A stretch of 64,000 nucleotides of DNA from an uncultured Gammaproteobacteria bacterium (GCA_964394685.1 CAYMYO010000003.1:16218-80217), one strand, 5' to 3'. Positions 8,907 through 18,735 are shown, numbered from the stretch's first letter. Program-made: numbers and translations. Notes: a model not told the origin generated them from the letters alone.

Positions 8907-10801
8907 TGGCCACCTCCACCAACGGCCGGATAATTACAGGCAGTACAACCGGTTGTGCCATTGACACAACGATCTATGGCAAAAGGCAATATTGAATTAA
9001 TACTCCTGTTTTGCCCGCTGTTATCAATGAAACTAAAATGAAGATGCGGCCCGCTTGAGCTTCCGCTGTGATCAACTTCGCCAATAACAACGTTTGGAAA
9101 CACCTCTTGCCCTTCGGAAATGCGTATGGTAGATCGAAGCAAATGACCAAATTTAAGAGTGTAATTATATGGAGAAATTCCAACAATAATAATATGATTG
9201 CCCAAATATCCCCCACAAGGGTTTCCTAAAAACCCCTCATAATCAGGACAACCGGCGAAAACCCTAGTTGCGTGTCCGCGGATGGTGGCGTATACATCCG
9301 TTCCACTTGGTGCACCTATGTCAATGGCGTTTGCTTTCGCGTGAGTACCGCCGCAGGAGGTAAATGGTCCTTGGGTAATTGTTCCGTTTGTTGGCCAACG
9401 ACAATCTTGGGAAGAGGGATCACAAGCGGCCATAGAACATAGTGGATCTGTCGGGTTGTTCTCGCAATCAACAAATTGATTTTCGTCTCCCGTTCCAAAC
9501 GCCTGAACAAACGCATTGTCGTCGACGAGTTGTACATATTTTGTAGAAGGAATAATTCCAAGAGAGTCGACAAGAGGAACAACGCCCGCAATGAGAGCGA
9601 CAATTGAAACAAGAACGAGCGCGATGATAAAACTTGCATCTTTCCAGACAGACGGTGTTTCAAAATTGCCGTTGACAAGATCGGTAATAAATTTTAATGA
9701 GAAAAGATTAAACAACCCGGAAACACCGCGACCGACAAAAGAAAGAGCTTTGTCGATAACCAGATCTCCCACAAACCATCCCACGACACTTCCTATTCCG
9801 GGACCGAAAAATCCGCCAATCCACGCACCAAAACTTTTCCCAATTGTTGATGTGACCACTTTTTCTCCTGCCTCTTTTAGCGCCGTTCTTGCGACACCCC
9901 GCATGGTTGCTCCACTTAACGACAATGCAACAGTTGACATTTGGCTCCATGAATAAGATATTGGTTGTTGAAGATAGACGGCATAACGAACCGCATAGAG
10001 CTGTGGGCCAACAAACACAGAGGTGTATGCGTCTGAAAAAAAATTAAACAAAGCATTGTTTGGGGTAAGTCGTACCCCAGGTTGTTGAAAAGACCCAGCA
10101 TTCATTTGTGTTAATGCGCGCTTTATTTCACCGGAATCTGCAATTGTGGATCCCAATTTATCTGTTTTATCTTGAATGGTTTTATGCGCCTTTCCAATTG
10201 CAGCTTGTATGATGTCTTGCTGGGCACCCCGTGGAAGAGCATCAACAACACCCGCAACAATTTTTTGAAGCGGAGTTTCAGCAACAGTTTTAAAAAATCC
10301 TTTTGGTATTTCTGGAAAACCAAGAGAATTAATTGGAAGGTCGGTTTTATCAGAAAAGAAAGAAGCTGCCTCAACAAGTTTTGGTGCCAAATCAGTAAGC
10401 ACAACCTGAGTTGGAGTGGGTTCTGTTTTTGGTTCTATTTCTCGGGTAGTGCGTTCTTGTTTAATTTGTTTAATGTATCTATCAACTTTTATTCCATTGC
10501 TATCAAAAGGAACACGATTTTTTTGAGAAGCTTGCGCCTCTCTTATTTCTTGCATTAATGGTTCGAGCACCTCTTTTGTCGGAATGTTTTTTTCGATAGT
10601 CGTCTGATCAGTCGGTGCTTCGAGTTGTGACAAATAAAAACGAAATTGAGCCTTAAATCCATCAAGCACGCCCAAAAACCTATCATTTGCAAAGTCCATT
10701 GGAATCGCGTTTATATCTAACTGGTGAACAAAATTTGCATATTCTTTTGGATAGAATTTTTGGGCATACAGAAGTAGTTGTAGTGCGTCTTTATCTATCA
10801 T
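8903..10801 (-). CDS. membrane protein with C-terminal M23 (LytM-type) metallopeptidase domain
   Basis: C-terminal HAKANAIDI (HxxxD) and GPHLHFSF (HxH) zinc-ligand motifs of M23 peptidases. Cys-rich segment upstream of the domain. Central TM (IIALVLVSIVALIAGVV). Translationally coupled to the VirB4-like gene. Confidence 0.6.
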   Translation of the reverse strand: MIDKDALQLLLYAQKFYPKEYANFVHQLDINAIPMDFANDRFLGVLDGFKAQFRFYLSQLEAPTDQTTIEKNIPTKEVLEPLMQEIREAQASQKNRVPFDSNGIKVDRYIKQIKQERTTREIEPKTEPTPTQVVLTDLAPKLVEAASFFSDKTDLPINSLGFPEIPKGFFKTVAETPLQKIVAGVVDALPRGAQQDIIQAAIGKAHKTIQDKTDKLGSTIADSGEIKRALTQMNAGSFQQPGVRLTPNNALFNFFSDAYTSVFVGPQLYAVRYAVYLQQPISYSWSQMSTVALSLSGATMRGVARTALKEAGEKVVTSTIGKSFGAWIGGFFGPGIGSVVGWFVGDLVIDKALSFVGRGVSGLFNLFSLKFITDLVNGNFETPSVWKDASFIIALVLVSIVALIAGVVPLVDSLGIIPSTKYVQLVDDNAFVQAFGTGDENQFVDCENNPTDPLCSMAACDPSSQDCRWPTNGTITQGPFTSCGGTHAKANAIDIGAPSGTDVYATIRGHATRVFAGCPDYEGFLGNPCGGYLGNHIIIVGISPYNYTLKFGHLLRSTIRISEGQEVFPNVVIGEVDHSGSSSGPHLHFSFIDNSGQNRSINSILPFAIDRCVNGTTGCTACNYPAVGGGGQ

Positions 10802-12642
10802 AGTGGTTGTTTGTCTTGACTTATCGTTTCAACGGTAAACATAGGACGGGCCTGTGTCTGTTCTTTTTGTTCAGCAATTTCTTGTGGTTTTGTTGTAGCA
10901 AGAGCGTGTTCTTCAGGGCTTGCGATAACCCGGATTGCTGCGTGGGCAGGTCCAGCAAACAACAGCCCCTGACCAATATCAGAAGAGAGGAGTAAATGTT
11001 TTTCTCCTTCAGACAAATAAAATACTTCTGCAACGCGATCGATAGCCGCAGAGGATTGTTTGAGAAGAATTTGAATGGAGCTGTTTTGTATGATGGTTTT
11101 CCCTAAATCTCCAGCCAAAAAATCCTCCACGTCCTGCGTGATGGTTGTTAAACCCAAATAGTATTTTCTACTACGCTTTGCTATGGAATTAAGAAATTGT
11201 GCCGAATCGGGGTATTTCATGAGATACCAAGCTTCATCAACAATTAACACCCGTTTTTTTATAGATTTTCTAATCTTTGTCCAAATAAAATCAAGAATGA
11301 GATACATTGCGATAGGTCGAAGTTCGTCTTCAAGATCTCGAATAGAAAACACAGTAAGATGGTTGGTTATTTCCATATTGGATTGCTGATCAAAAATTCC
11401 AATGAGAGACCCACGAACAAATTTTTCTATTCTATCAGCAAGTCCTCGGGCGGTTGTTTCCTCCATTCCAACCAATGCTTTATACAGGTCTTCCATAAGA
11501 GGAGGCTCCCTGTTTTGTGTAGTTGGATCCGGGGTAATACCCTTTTGTTTATAGGTAAGAACGAGTGCCCGATCAAGAAGTGCGTCTTCAGTGGGTGTTA
11601 GTTTCCCCATAACAACACGGAAAAACCCGTGAAGAGAAAGAATTTTTTGGTTGAGATCATTTTCCTCTTCGCCCACATCTTTCAAAACCGATAAATCAAA
11701 TGGATTGATTTTTGTTTTCCCACCAAATTCAAAACGGGTATACTCGCCTCCAAGTGCATTCGTTAACGCTTCATACTCGTTTTCCGGATCAATAATAATC
11801 ACCTCTGTGTCAAACATGAGGCTTCGAATGACTTCAAGCTTAACCATATACGATTTACCAGATCCGGATTTTCCAAACACCACAGTATTTGCGTTTTCAA
11901 GTGTAAAACGGTCAAAAATAACTAAGCTTTCGTTTCCTTCATTAATTCCATACAACACCCCTTCGTTTGCAGTCAGTTCCGAGGTGGTAAATGGAAATGT
12001 TGTAGCAAGAGAGGTGGTATCCATATTTCTTGTGATCATGAGTCGGTCTTGTCCCATGGGAAGTGTTGTTTTGAATCCCTCTTCCATTTGAAGAACCGCC
12101 TTTTTAGGCATAATCATGAGTGATGCAAGCGTCGCCTCAACCTGTTTAGTAGTTTTGTTTAATTCCTCAAGAGTTTTTGCTGGTATGGTGACATAGAGAC
12201 CAAATTGAAAAAAACGTTCAGAGCCCTTTGCAAGCTCCTGTTGGAGGGATAATGCGTCTTCAAGAGCAACCTGTATTGAGGGTTCAATAACACGACCGCG
12301 TTTTAAATCTGATTGAATAGTGGCCTCCATTTCTCCAACTTTTCGTTTCAGATTGTCTAGTATTTCCTCAGATTTTGATGGATAGACATAGAGCGCCACG
12401 TCAAGTGTGTGATTGAAAGAAATAAGTGGCTCTAGCCAATTAGCGCTAACATAGCGTGGATAGCCTGCAATAAAAAGAGTTCGAACAAGCTGGTCACCAA
12501 TGGTAAGGTGATCGAAGTCAACCTCAATTGCGGGTGGCGCAATGATGTCTTTTGTGGTCAGTGGACCTGACGGAGTCGGACCTTTTAGTGCACTTGGAGG
12601 CTGCAATGTAATAAATGATCGGATGGTATTTTTTATATTCAT
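10798..12642 (-). CDS. VirB4/TrbE/TraC-family type IV secretion ATPase
   Basis: Walker A VVFGKSGSGKSYMV, Walker B RVLIVDEAWYL, and C-terminal ATPase fold. Size 614 aa matches compact VirB4/CagE-like proteins of Gram-positive/CPR-type T4SS. Confidence 0.75.
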   Translation of the reverse strand: MNIKNTIRSFITLQPPSALKGPTPSGPLTTKDIIAPPAIEVDFDHLTIGDQLVRTLFIAGYPRYVSANWLEPLISFNHTLDVALYVYPSKSEEILDNLKRKVGEMEATIQSDLKRGRVIEPSIQVALEDALSLQQELAKGSERFFQFGLYVTIPAKTLEELNKTTKQVEATLASLMIMPKKAVLQMEEGFKTTLPMGQDRLMITRNMDTTSLATTFPFTTSELTANEGVLYGINEGNESLVIFDRFTLENANTVVFGKSGSGKSYMVKLEVIRSLMFDTEVIIIDPENEYEALTNALGGEYTRFEFGGKTKINPFDLSVLKDVGEEENDLNQKILSLHGFFRVVMGKLTPTEDALLDRALVLTYKQKGITPDPTTQNREPPLMEDLYKALVGMEETTARGLADRIEKFVRGSLIGIFDQQSNMEITNHLTVFSIRDLEDELRPIAMYLILDFIWTKIRKSIKKRVLIVDEAWYLMKYPDSAQFLNSIAKRSRKYYLGLTTITQDVEDFLAGDLGKTIIQNSSIQILLKQSSAAIDRVAEVFYLSEGEKHLLLSSDIGQGLLFAGPAHAAIRVIASPEEHALATTKPQEIAEQKEQTQARPMFTVETISQDKQPL

Positions 12643-13274
12643 AGTTTTATTGTTGGCTGTTGAATTCCAGGATTATATAAAGAGAAAAACAATTGAATAA
12701 GCTGATCGTTAGTTAATTGGGAGGAGCGAAGCCCAAGTCTTCCAAGAAGGCGCTGTATATGATCTCGTTTTGGAAGAAGAGCAATGAGAGCTCGTTCGAT
12801 AATATAGGATTTCGCGTAAGGGAGCCCACTCTTTTTGGTGCCAAAGAGCACGTTCGTTGATGGACCCAGTTCAAGATTTGAAAAAGGAATGACGATATAA
12901 AACTTTTTATCCAACACCTCTTTTTCTTTTACTGTTGATTCAATAAAAGCCCGATATCCATGAATACTTTTGATAAGCTTTGGATTTTGCTGTTCTTTTT
13001 CTTTATCTTCAAGAAGCTTGAGGTACGCAGTAATGTCCTTATGTTTAGAGCGAATCAATATCTGAATGGGAAATGATAAAGAGTTAAGAATTCCAGCGTA
13101 CGCGTAAATAATTGCCTCCTGCTCTTTTTCAGAAAGCAAGCCAAAATTAACTGCTGTTACCGACAAAATTAAAGCACACGAGCCGTCAACAAACATGACA
13201 ACGTTTTGTAAAACATCCTCTATTTCTGTAAATTGTTGTGTTGATGCCCGTATTGGTACGACTGGTTCTGTCAT
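12639..13274 (-). CDS. hypothetical protein (T4SS-like operon)
   Basis: 211 aa with no recognisable motif. Overlaps neighbours by 4 nt on both sides, indicating co-transcription. Confidence 0.3.
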   Translation of the reverse strand: MTEPVVPIRASTQQFTEIEDVLQNVVMFVDGSCALILSVTAVNFGLLSEKEQEAIIYAYAGILNSLSFPIQILIRSKHKDITAYLKLLEDKEKEQQNPKLIKSIHGYRAFIESTVKEKEVLDKKFYIVIPFSNLELGPSTNVLFGTKKSGLPYAKSYIIERALIALLPKRDHIQRLLGRLGLRSSQLTNDQLIQLFFSLYNPGIQQPTIKL

Positions 13275-13277
13275 ATA

Positions 13278-14384
13278 TTATGAATTAACTGTTTGCCCAA
13301 AGATTTGTTTTGAGAGCTCTTCTCTGTTAATATCCCGTTTGCTTTTGGCAACAATTTCAATAGCTGGCATGACGGTGCCATTTAATGTAATTTGTGCCCG
13401 GTCAAACAAAAAGCGGCTTCGTGGATCTTCAACCTCAATAATATAAGTTCCATTAGGAAGCTGAGTTGAGGCAGCGAATTGTCCCAGCTTATTTGTTTTT
13501 AGAGCCCGAAGCGGCACCCCTTCTTTATCGCGCACCGTTACCAAGACACCAGGAAGCAATCCTCCAACGTTGTCCTTCACAATTCCGGTTACAACATTGG
13601 AAAAAGTCGTAAGTCGAGGAAGCCCTGCGCGTGTCGCTGCCTCAGGCGGAATTATTTTTACCGTTGGACCCCTTAAAGCCGCGTTTGACGCGGTTATTGG
13701 TGGAGCGGGTTGGTGTGCGCGCATCGGCAGAGGAGGAATGGGTGTTTGAACCTCTTGTTTTTGAAGTTCAAGCGTTTTCAGTTCCGATTGTGTTTTTTCA
13801 TCTAATTGTTGTTCTAATGTTTTTATTTTGTTCTGTAAATCAAGATATTCAGATGATGGTTGTGTTTGTAAAACCGGTTGTTGAACAGCTGGTGAGACAA
13901 TTGGGCGCGTTACGATTACTGACTTAGGAAATAAATCGTCCAGCCAGCCAAAGAGCATATCGCCAAACGACCTCTTTTGCGCAACTGTTTGTTGTGTATA
14001 TAGTCCTCTGAGCCTCTCAGATACAGCTGGACGCTGCGTTGTTGCGGTTGGAGGTTGAGGTTGCACCACTTGTGCTCTTGCTGGTTCTGAAGCAGCTGGA
14101 ATACGATGCCAAATGAATTGAGTGGGACTATATACATTTCGTAAAAACGATAACACCCACACGTCCATCGGGCGTTCTTCAATGGGGACAAACGCAAATC
14201 CAAACCCAAGAAGTCCAAAGAGTACTGTCATTGGCCACGTAAAAAAGAAAGGCAATGGGAGTTTGTAGGAAATAAAAGCAAGTATTGCGCCACCGGCAAG
14301 ATACCCAAATTGTTTAATGGTCATATCTCCGATGAGCCGAAATTGAAACGTGGTGACGTTTTGAGGGACAGGATGTTGTTCCAT
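13278..14384 (-). CDS. membrane protein with Pro/Gln-rich linker, coiled coil and C-terminal beta-sandwich-like domain (VirB10-like topology, speculative)
   Basis: Two N-terminal TM helices, PQPPTATTQRP/Pro-rich region, and QQLDEKTQSELKTLELQKQ coiled coil. C-terminal LPNGTYIIEVEDPR resembles carboxypeptidase-regulatory-like folds. First gene of the operon. Confidence 0.3.
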   Translation of the reverse strand: MEQHPVPQNVTTFQFRLIGDMTIKQFGYLAGGAILAFISYKLPLPFFFTWPMTVLFGLLGFGFAFVPIEERPMDVWVLSFLRNVYSPTQFIWHRIPAASEPARAQVVQPQPPTATTQRPAVSERLRGLYTQQTVAQKRSFGDMLFGWLDDLFPKSVIVTRPIVSPAVQQPVLQTQPSSEYLDLQNKIKTLEQQLDEKTQSELKTLELQKQEVQTPIPPLPMRAHQPAPPITASNAALRGPTVKIIPPEAATRAGLPRLTTFSNVVTGIVKDNVGGLLPGVLVTVRDKEGVPLRALKTNKLGQFAASTQLPNGTYIIEVEDPRSRFLFDRAQITLNGTVMPAIEIVAKSKRDINREELSKQIFGQTVNS

Positions 14385-14446
14385 AGTAGTTATTTTATTG
14401 TAAAGAGAAAACCATATTCCCGCAAGGGGAAAAGCGCATTAGAATC

Positions 14447-16708
14447 GTGAAAACTCAAATTTTTCATTTCACGCAAATTCTCTTGCATCTATGTTATGAT
14501 ATTTTTATGGGTGACGAGCTAACCATTGTCGAAATAAAAAACTCCCGTGATAGCGAAGAAACACCACTTGTTATGGAACAGGTGTTTGCGGCCCTTGGTG
14601 TTGGGAGATCTCATGGAATTCTTGAACAACTATTTGGTCTCAAAGAACATCGATGGTTTTCGTTTGAAATTGGAGTATTCCAATCAATCATTCATTTTTA
14701 TGTTGTGACCCCAAAATCTGCATATTCCTATCTCGAAAGCCAACTCAGTGCACAATACCCAAAGATTATGGTAGCAGCCGTTGCTGATTATGTTCCACCA
14801 TTTATGGCAAATTCACATGCTCTTACACAACTAACGCTCGCGAGCCCGTCATATTATCCTCTAAAAAACTATAAAGACGTGAAAGACATTGATTTGCTCG
14901 CAAGCGTGCTTGGGTGTCTTGCGCGATTTTCAAAAGAACAATCAGCAGTAATACAACTACGAGTTGCGCCCGCTGGAAACGGATGGCGACAAAATGCCGC
15001 TGGGGTTCTTGCCCGCGGTATTGTTGATTCGATTGATCCGCGGCGCTCTAAAGCGCATCCGCAAGCCAGACTCATAGAAACCAAAATGAATCAAACCGGA
15101 TTTCATACGGCATTTCGTGTGGGGATATCAGCGTCAACGCAAGAAGAAGCAAATACGCTACTCCAAACACTTGTTGGAACATATGGAGTATTTGCGCTCG
15201 GAGAAGGGAATGCCCTTGTTTTAACAAAACCAGCATTCTGGCAAACCAATAAATTAAAAGAATCTTTCGTTACCCGCGCAAGGGGTCCAGTGCCGCGACA
15301 TCAAGTGCTTGGATCGGCTGAACTTGCGACACTCTGGCACCCTCCGGGCCTCCTTCTTTCGGCAATTAAAAATATTTCGTGGGGACTGACTCTTGCAGGT
15401 GAACCGCCAGAAAACCTTCCCATTGCAATAGAAAACGAAGAAGACCGGAAACTTATTAACTTTTTTGCCCGGACGGAATTTCGCAATAAGCAAACAACAT
15501 TTGGCATTAAACGCGATGATAGAAGAAAACATATGTATGTGGTGGGAAAAACAGGAACCGGAAAATCAACAATGATAGCTAACATGGCAATTAATGATAT
15601 GAGAAATCACGAGGGATTAGCAGTTATTGATCCCCACGGTGATTTAACAGACGCGCTTCTTGATTACATTCCCTCATTTCGGGTGAACGACATAGCATAT
15701 CTTGACCCATCTGATATTGCCCACCCTTTTCACCTTAATCCGCTTGAGCTCAAAAATCCGGCACACCGGGAGCTTGTTGCCTCAGGTATTGTTTCAATAT
15801 TTTACAAACTCTACCATTATTCGTGGGGACCGCGACTTGAATATATTTTAAGAAACTGTATCCTTACACTGTTATATATTCCAAACACCACACTTCTGCA
15901 GGTGCCGGAGCTTCTGACAAACGACAGATATAGAGATAAAGTGTTGGAGAAACTTCCGGACCAGGTCTTAAAGAATTTCTGGATCAATGAGTTTAACAAA
16001 CTGAGTCCTCAGATGCGAAGCGAAGCAATTATGCCAATATTAAATAAAGTGGGGCAGTTCCTTTCCTCACAAACAATTCGAAACATTGTGGGCAATCCTC
16101 AATCGACCGTTGACTTAGAAGATATGATGAATAAAGGAAAAATAATTTTAGTCAACCTTGCTCAAGGAAAGCTCGGAGAAGACAGCAGTGCGCTACTCGG
16201 AGCCATGATTATAACCAAAATTCAACTAGCGGCCATGAACAGAGTATATGATCAGGAAGCCAATAGGAAGGATTTTTATTTGTATGTGGATGAGTTTCAA
16301 AATTTTGCTACTACTTCATTTATCAAAATTCTTTCAGAGGCGCGGAAGTATCGACTCAATCTAACTCTGGCCAATCAATACATTGGGCAAATTGATGAAG
16401 ATGTCCAAAATGCCATCTTTGGAAATGCCGGATCTCTCGTTTCATTTTGTGTCGGTGCAACAGACGCAAGACCATTGGCAAGAGAATTTGGTCTGAAATA
16501 CAAAGAAGAAGAGTTGGTGCAAATAGGGAACTATCAAGTAATCCTTAAATTATCTATTGATAATCACACCTCAAGTCCATTTTCAGGAACCACCCTTCCG
16601 CTTCCACGGTCTCATAATCAAAACAGAGAAAAAGTCATTCGGTCAAGCCGGGAACGATTTACAAAAAGTTTTGAAAACATTGGAGTGAAAGAAGAAAGTG
16701 CAAAATAA
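14447..16708 (+). CDS. VirD4/TraG/TraD-like type IV coupling ATPase (T4SS DNA-binding domain protein)
   Basis: HMYVVGKTGTGKSTMIAN Walker A followed by VIDPHGDLTDALL. Walker B YLYVDEFQNFAT. Divergent from the VirB4 operon. The likely true start is the internal ATG at 14507 (MGDELT...). Confidence 0.65.
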   Translation: MKTQIFHFTQILLHLCYDIFMGDELTIVEIKNSRDSEETPLVMEQVFAALGVGRSHGILEQLFGLKEHRWFSFEIGVFQSIIHFYVVTPKSAYSYLESQLSAQYPKIMVAAVADYVPPFMANSHALTQLTLASPSYYPLKNYKDVKDIDLLASVLGCLARFSKEQSAVIQLRVAPAGNGWRQNAAGVLARGIVDSIDPRRSKAHPQARLIETKMNQTGFHTAFRVGISASTQEEANTLLQTLVGTYGVFALGEGNALVLTKPAFWQTNKLKESFVTRARGPVPRHQVLGSAELATLWHPPGLLLSAIKNISWGLTLAGEPPENLPIAIENEEDRKLINFFARTEFRNKQTTFGIKRDDRRKHMYVVGKTGTGKSTMIANMAINDMRNHEGLAVIDPHGDLTDALLDYIPSFRVNDIAYLDPSDIAHPFHLNPLELKNPAHRELVASGIVSIFYKLYHYSWGPRLEYILRNCILTLLYIPNTTLLQVPELLTNDRYRDKVLEKLPDQVLKNFWINEFNKLSPQMRSEAIMPILNKVGQFLSSQTIRNIVGNPQSTVDLEDMMNKGKIILVNLAQGKLGEDSSALLGAMIITKIQLAAMNRVYDQEANRKDFYLYVDEFQNFATTSFIKILSEARKYRLNLTLANQYIGQIDEDVQNAIFGNAGSLVSFCVGATDARPLAREFGLKYKEEELVQIGNYQVILKLSIDNHTSSPFSGTTLPLPRSHNQNREKVIRSSRERFTKSFENIGVKEESAK

Positions 16709-16732
16709 TAGCTTCTGATTTATACTTACAGC

Positions 16733-17338
16733 ATGAAAATTGGACTTCTCGGTGGAACATTTGACCCTCCGCACATAGGCCATTTATTAATTTCTGAATA
16801 TGTATTAAAAAATACAACTCACTCCGTCGACGAAATGTGGTTTATTCCAACGTATGAGCAGCAATATTTCGGTATAGACCCATCAAAGAACGCCTCATCC
16901 TATGCAATACGTCTAGAAATGGCCGAATGTATATCTTCCCACATTCCTCATACGCGAGTTTCAACAATTGAACAAGAGCACCGATTGTCCGGTCAGACAA
17001 AGGATTTATTTCCATTCTTGCCACTTGAACACGAATACTGTTTTATTATTGGTACAGATCAACTACCCTCGTTTCATCGATGGATGGAGTATAAACAATT
17101 GCTAAAACGAATGCCGTTTTTAGTGTATCCCCGCGCAGATTATCCACCAGAACCACTCTACAAAGGAATGATTCTTCTCGATGGAGATGCGCCGATAACC
17201 AATTTTTCTTCTACTATGGTGCGGGAAATGATAGCAAGAGGAGAAAAAGCAGACGGCATCATTTTACCAGAAGTCTTTCGTATTATTGAGCAGCACGGGT
17301 TATATCGAAAATCAGGGAGAAAAGAACATAAACCATAG
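16733..17338 (+). CDS. nadD: nicotinate-nucleotide adenylyltransferase
   Basis: N-terminal LLGGTFDPPHIGHL (HxGH nucleotidyltransferase motif). About 200 aa. Confidence 0.8.
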   Translation: MKIGLLGGTFDPPHIGHLLISEYVLKNTTHSVDEMWFIPTYEQQYFGIDPSKNASSYAIRLEMAECISSHIPHTRVSTIEQEHRLSGQTKDLFPFLPLEHEYCFIIGTDQLPSFHRWMEYKQLLKRMPFLVYPRADYPPEPLYKGMILLDGDAPITNFSSTMVREMIARGEKADGIILPEVFRIIEQHGLYRKSGRKEHKP

Positions 17339-17359
17339 TGATAAATTACAAATTACAAT

Positions 17360-17746
17360 TTGAAATTTGAAATGAAATCAGAAATTTCAAAAAAACCAAA
17401 CGAGAAAAAATACGATTTAGAAGAAAGAACAGCAATGTTTGCCGAACATATTATTGATTTGTGCAAGAAATCACAAAAGAATATCATTACCATTCCAATT
17501 ATTAATCAATTGATTCGATCGGGCACAAGCGTTGGAGCAAATTATTGCGAAGCTAATGGAGCCTCCAGTAAAAAAGATTTCAAGAATAAAATATATATTT
17601 GCAAAAAAGAATCAAAAGAAACGAGATATTGGCTTCGATTACTGGTTAAGGCGTTGCCAGAAGCAAGAGAAGATTGTAAAGTGTTATGGAAAGAAGCGAG
17701 CGAGTTCGTATTGATATTTGGATCAATTGTGAGTAAAACTGTTTAA
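17360..17746 (+). CDS. four-helix-bundle protein (TIGR02436-like, 23S rRNA intervening-sequence protein family)
   Basis: SVGANYCEANGASSKKDFKNKIYICKKESKETRYWLRLL matches the conserved core of the four-helix-bundle family commonly encoded in rRNA intervening sequences. 128 aa. Confidence 0.7.
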   Translation: MKFEMKSEISKKPNEKKYDLEERTAMFAEHIIDLCKKSQKNIITIPIINQLIRSGTSVGANYCEANGASSKKDFKNKIYICKKESKETRYWLRLLVKALPEAREDCKVLWKEASEFVLIFGSIVSKTV

Positions 17747-17803
17747 GATTTGAAATTTGTAGCTTGAATATTCATTTCAAATTGTAAATTTCAAATTGAA
17801 TTT
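17746..17803. repeat. palindromic/inverted-repeat element downstream of four-helix-bundle gene, partner of IR at 17345-17372
   Basis: CATTTCAAATTGTAAATTTCAAATTG at the right end is the near reverse complement of CAAATTACAATTTGAAATTTGAAATG at 17347-17372. The right copy is also internally palindromic (TTTGAAATTTG...CAAATTTCAAA). Confidence 0.45.
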
Positions 17804-17805
17804 TT

Positions 17806-18576
17806 ATGAAAAGCATAAATGTACAACAAGAAGTTGATCATATTGTTGCCTTTCTTCGTGACACATTCCAGAGAGTCGGCTTTTCAGATGCTGTCGTTGG
17901 TCTGTCGGGAGGTGTCGATTCAACAGTGTCATTTATACTTGCTGTACAGGCGCTGGGGATAGACCATGTCTATCCCATTCTTCTTCCGTACGGAGCGTTA
18001 AGCACAAAAGGAGTAATCGATGCAATGAAAATTATTGAAGCCACCCACATTCCTCTTACTCATGTGGTTCGGATTGACATCCAACAAGCGGTAGACGCAA
18101 TTGTGAAAGTAGACCCCATGATGGATAAGGTGAGAAAAGGAAACATTATGGCGCGCGTAAGGATGACAAATCTTTTTGATCAGGCAAAAAAAAGAAAAGC
18201 GCTCGTTATTGGAACCGAGAACAAAAGCGAACATCTGTTGGGGTATTACACACGATATGGAGATGAAGCAAGCGATGTGGAGCCCATACGGCATTTGTAT
18301 AAAACGCATGTATGTGAGCTGGGAAAATATTTGAAAATTCCGGAGGAGATTCAACATAAAACTCCATCAGCTGATCTCTGGCCAGAGCAAACAGACGAAG
18401 GAGAATTCGGCTTTACCTACAAACAGGCCGATGAAATTCTGTATTTCCTTGTCGATGAGAAAAAGACAGAAGAAGAGATCATCACCGCGGGATTTGAAAA
18501 AAACCTCGTTTCAGCAGTTGTGCATCGTTTATCCTCCAACAGCTTCAAGCACAAAACACCATATATATTAGCTTGA
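17806..18576 (+). CDS. nadE: NH3-dependent NAD+ synthetase
   Basis: PP-loop GLSGGVDSTV near the N-terminus. About 256 aa. Confidence 0.8.
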   Translation: MKSINVQQEVDHIVAFLRDTFQRVGFSDAVVGLSGGVDSTVSFILAVQALGIDHVYPILLPYGALSTKGVIDAMKIIEATHIPLTHVVRIDIQQAVDAIVKVDPMMDKVRKGNIMARVRMTNLFDQAKKRKALVIGTENKSEHLLGYYTRYGDEASDVEPIRHLYKTHVCELGKYLKIPEEIQHKTPSADLWPEQTDEGEFGFTYKQADEILYFLVDEKKTEEEIITAGFEKNLVSAVVHRLSSNSFKHKTPYILA

Positions 18577-18611
18577 GTATCGACTATGTATCGTCCAATA
18601 TCGTCTATTCA

Positions 18612-18735
18612 TTGAAAGTGACATTTTCGTTATGCACGTGCGTATGAAATACAGTACATTTTTAATCTCGGACCCGCCCTCGGCCCGCTTCGCCGAATCG
18701 AGGCGAGCGAGGCAAGGCTTGTTGAGGCTGATTTT
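18612..18735. repeat. cassette-boundary repeat A, copy 1
   Basis: About 120 bp (TTGAAAGTGAC...CACGTGCGTATGAAAT...CTCGGACCCGCCCTCGGCCCGCTTCGCCGAATCGAGGCGAGCGAGGCAAGGCTTGTTGAGGCTGATTT) recurring at 19542-19673 at roughly 95% identity. GC-rich core contains an imperfect palindrome around GAATCGA. Confidence 0.6.
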
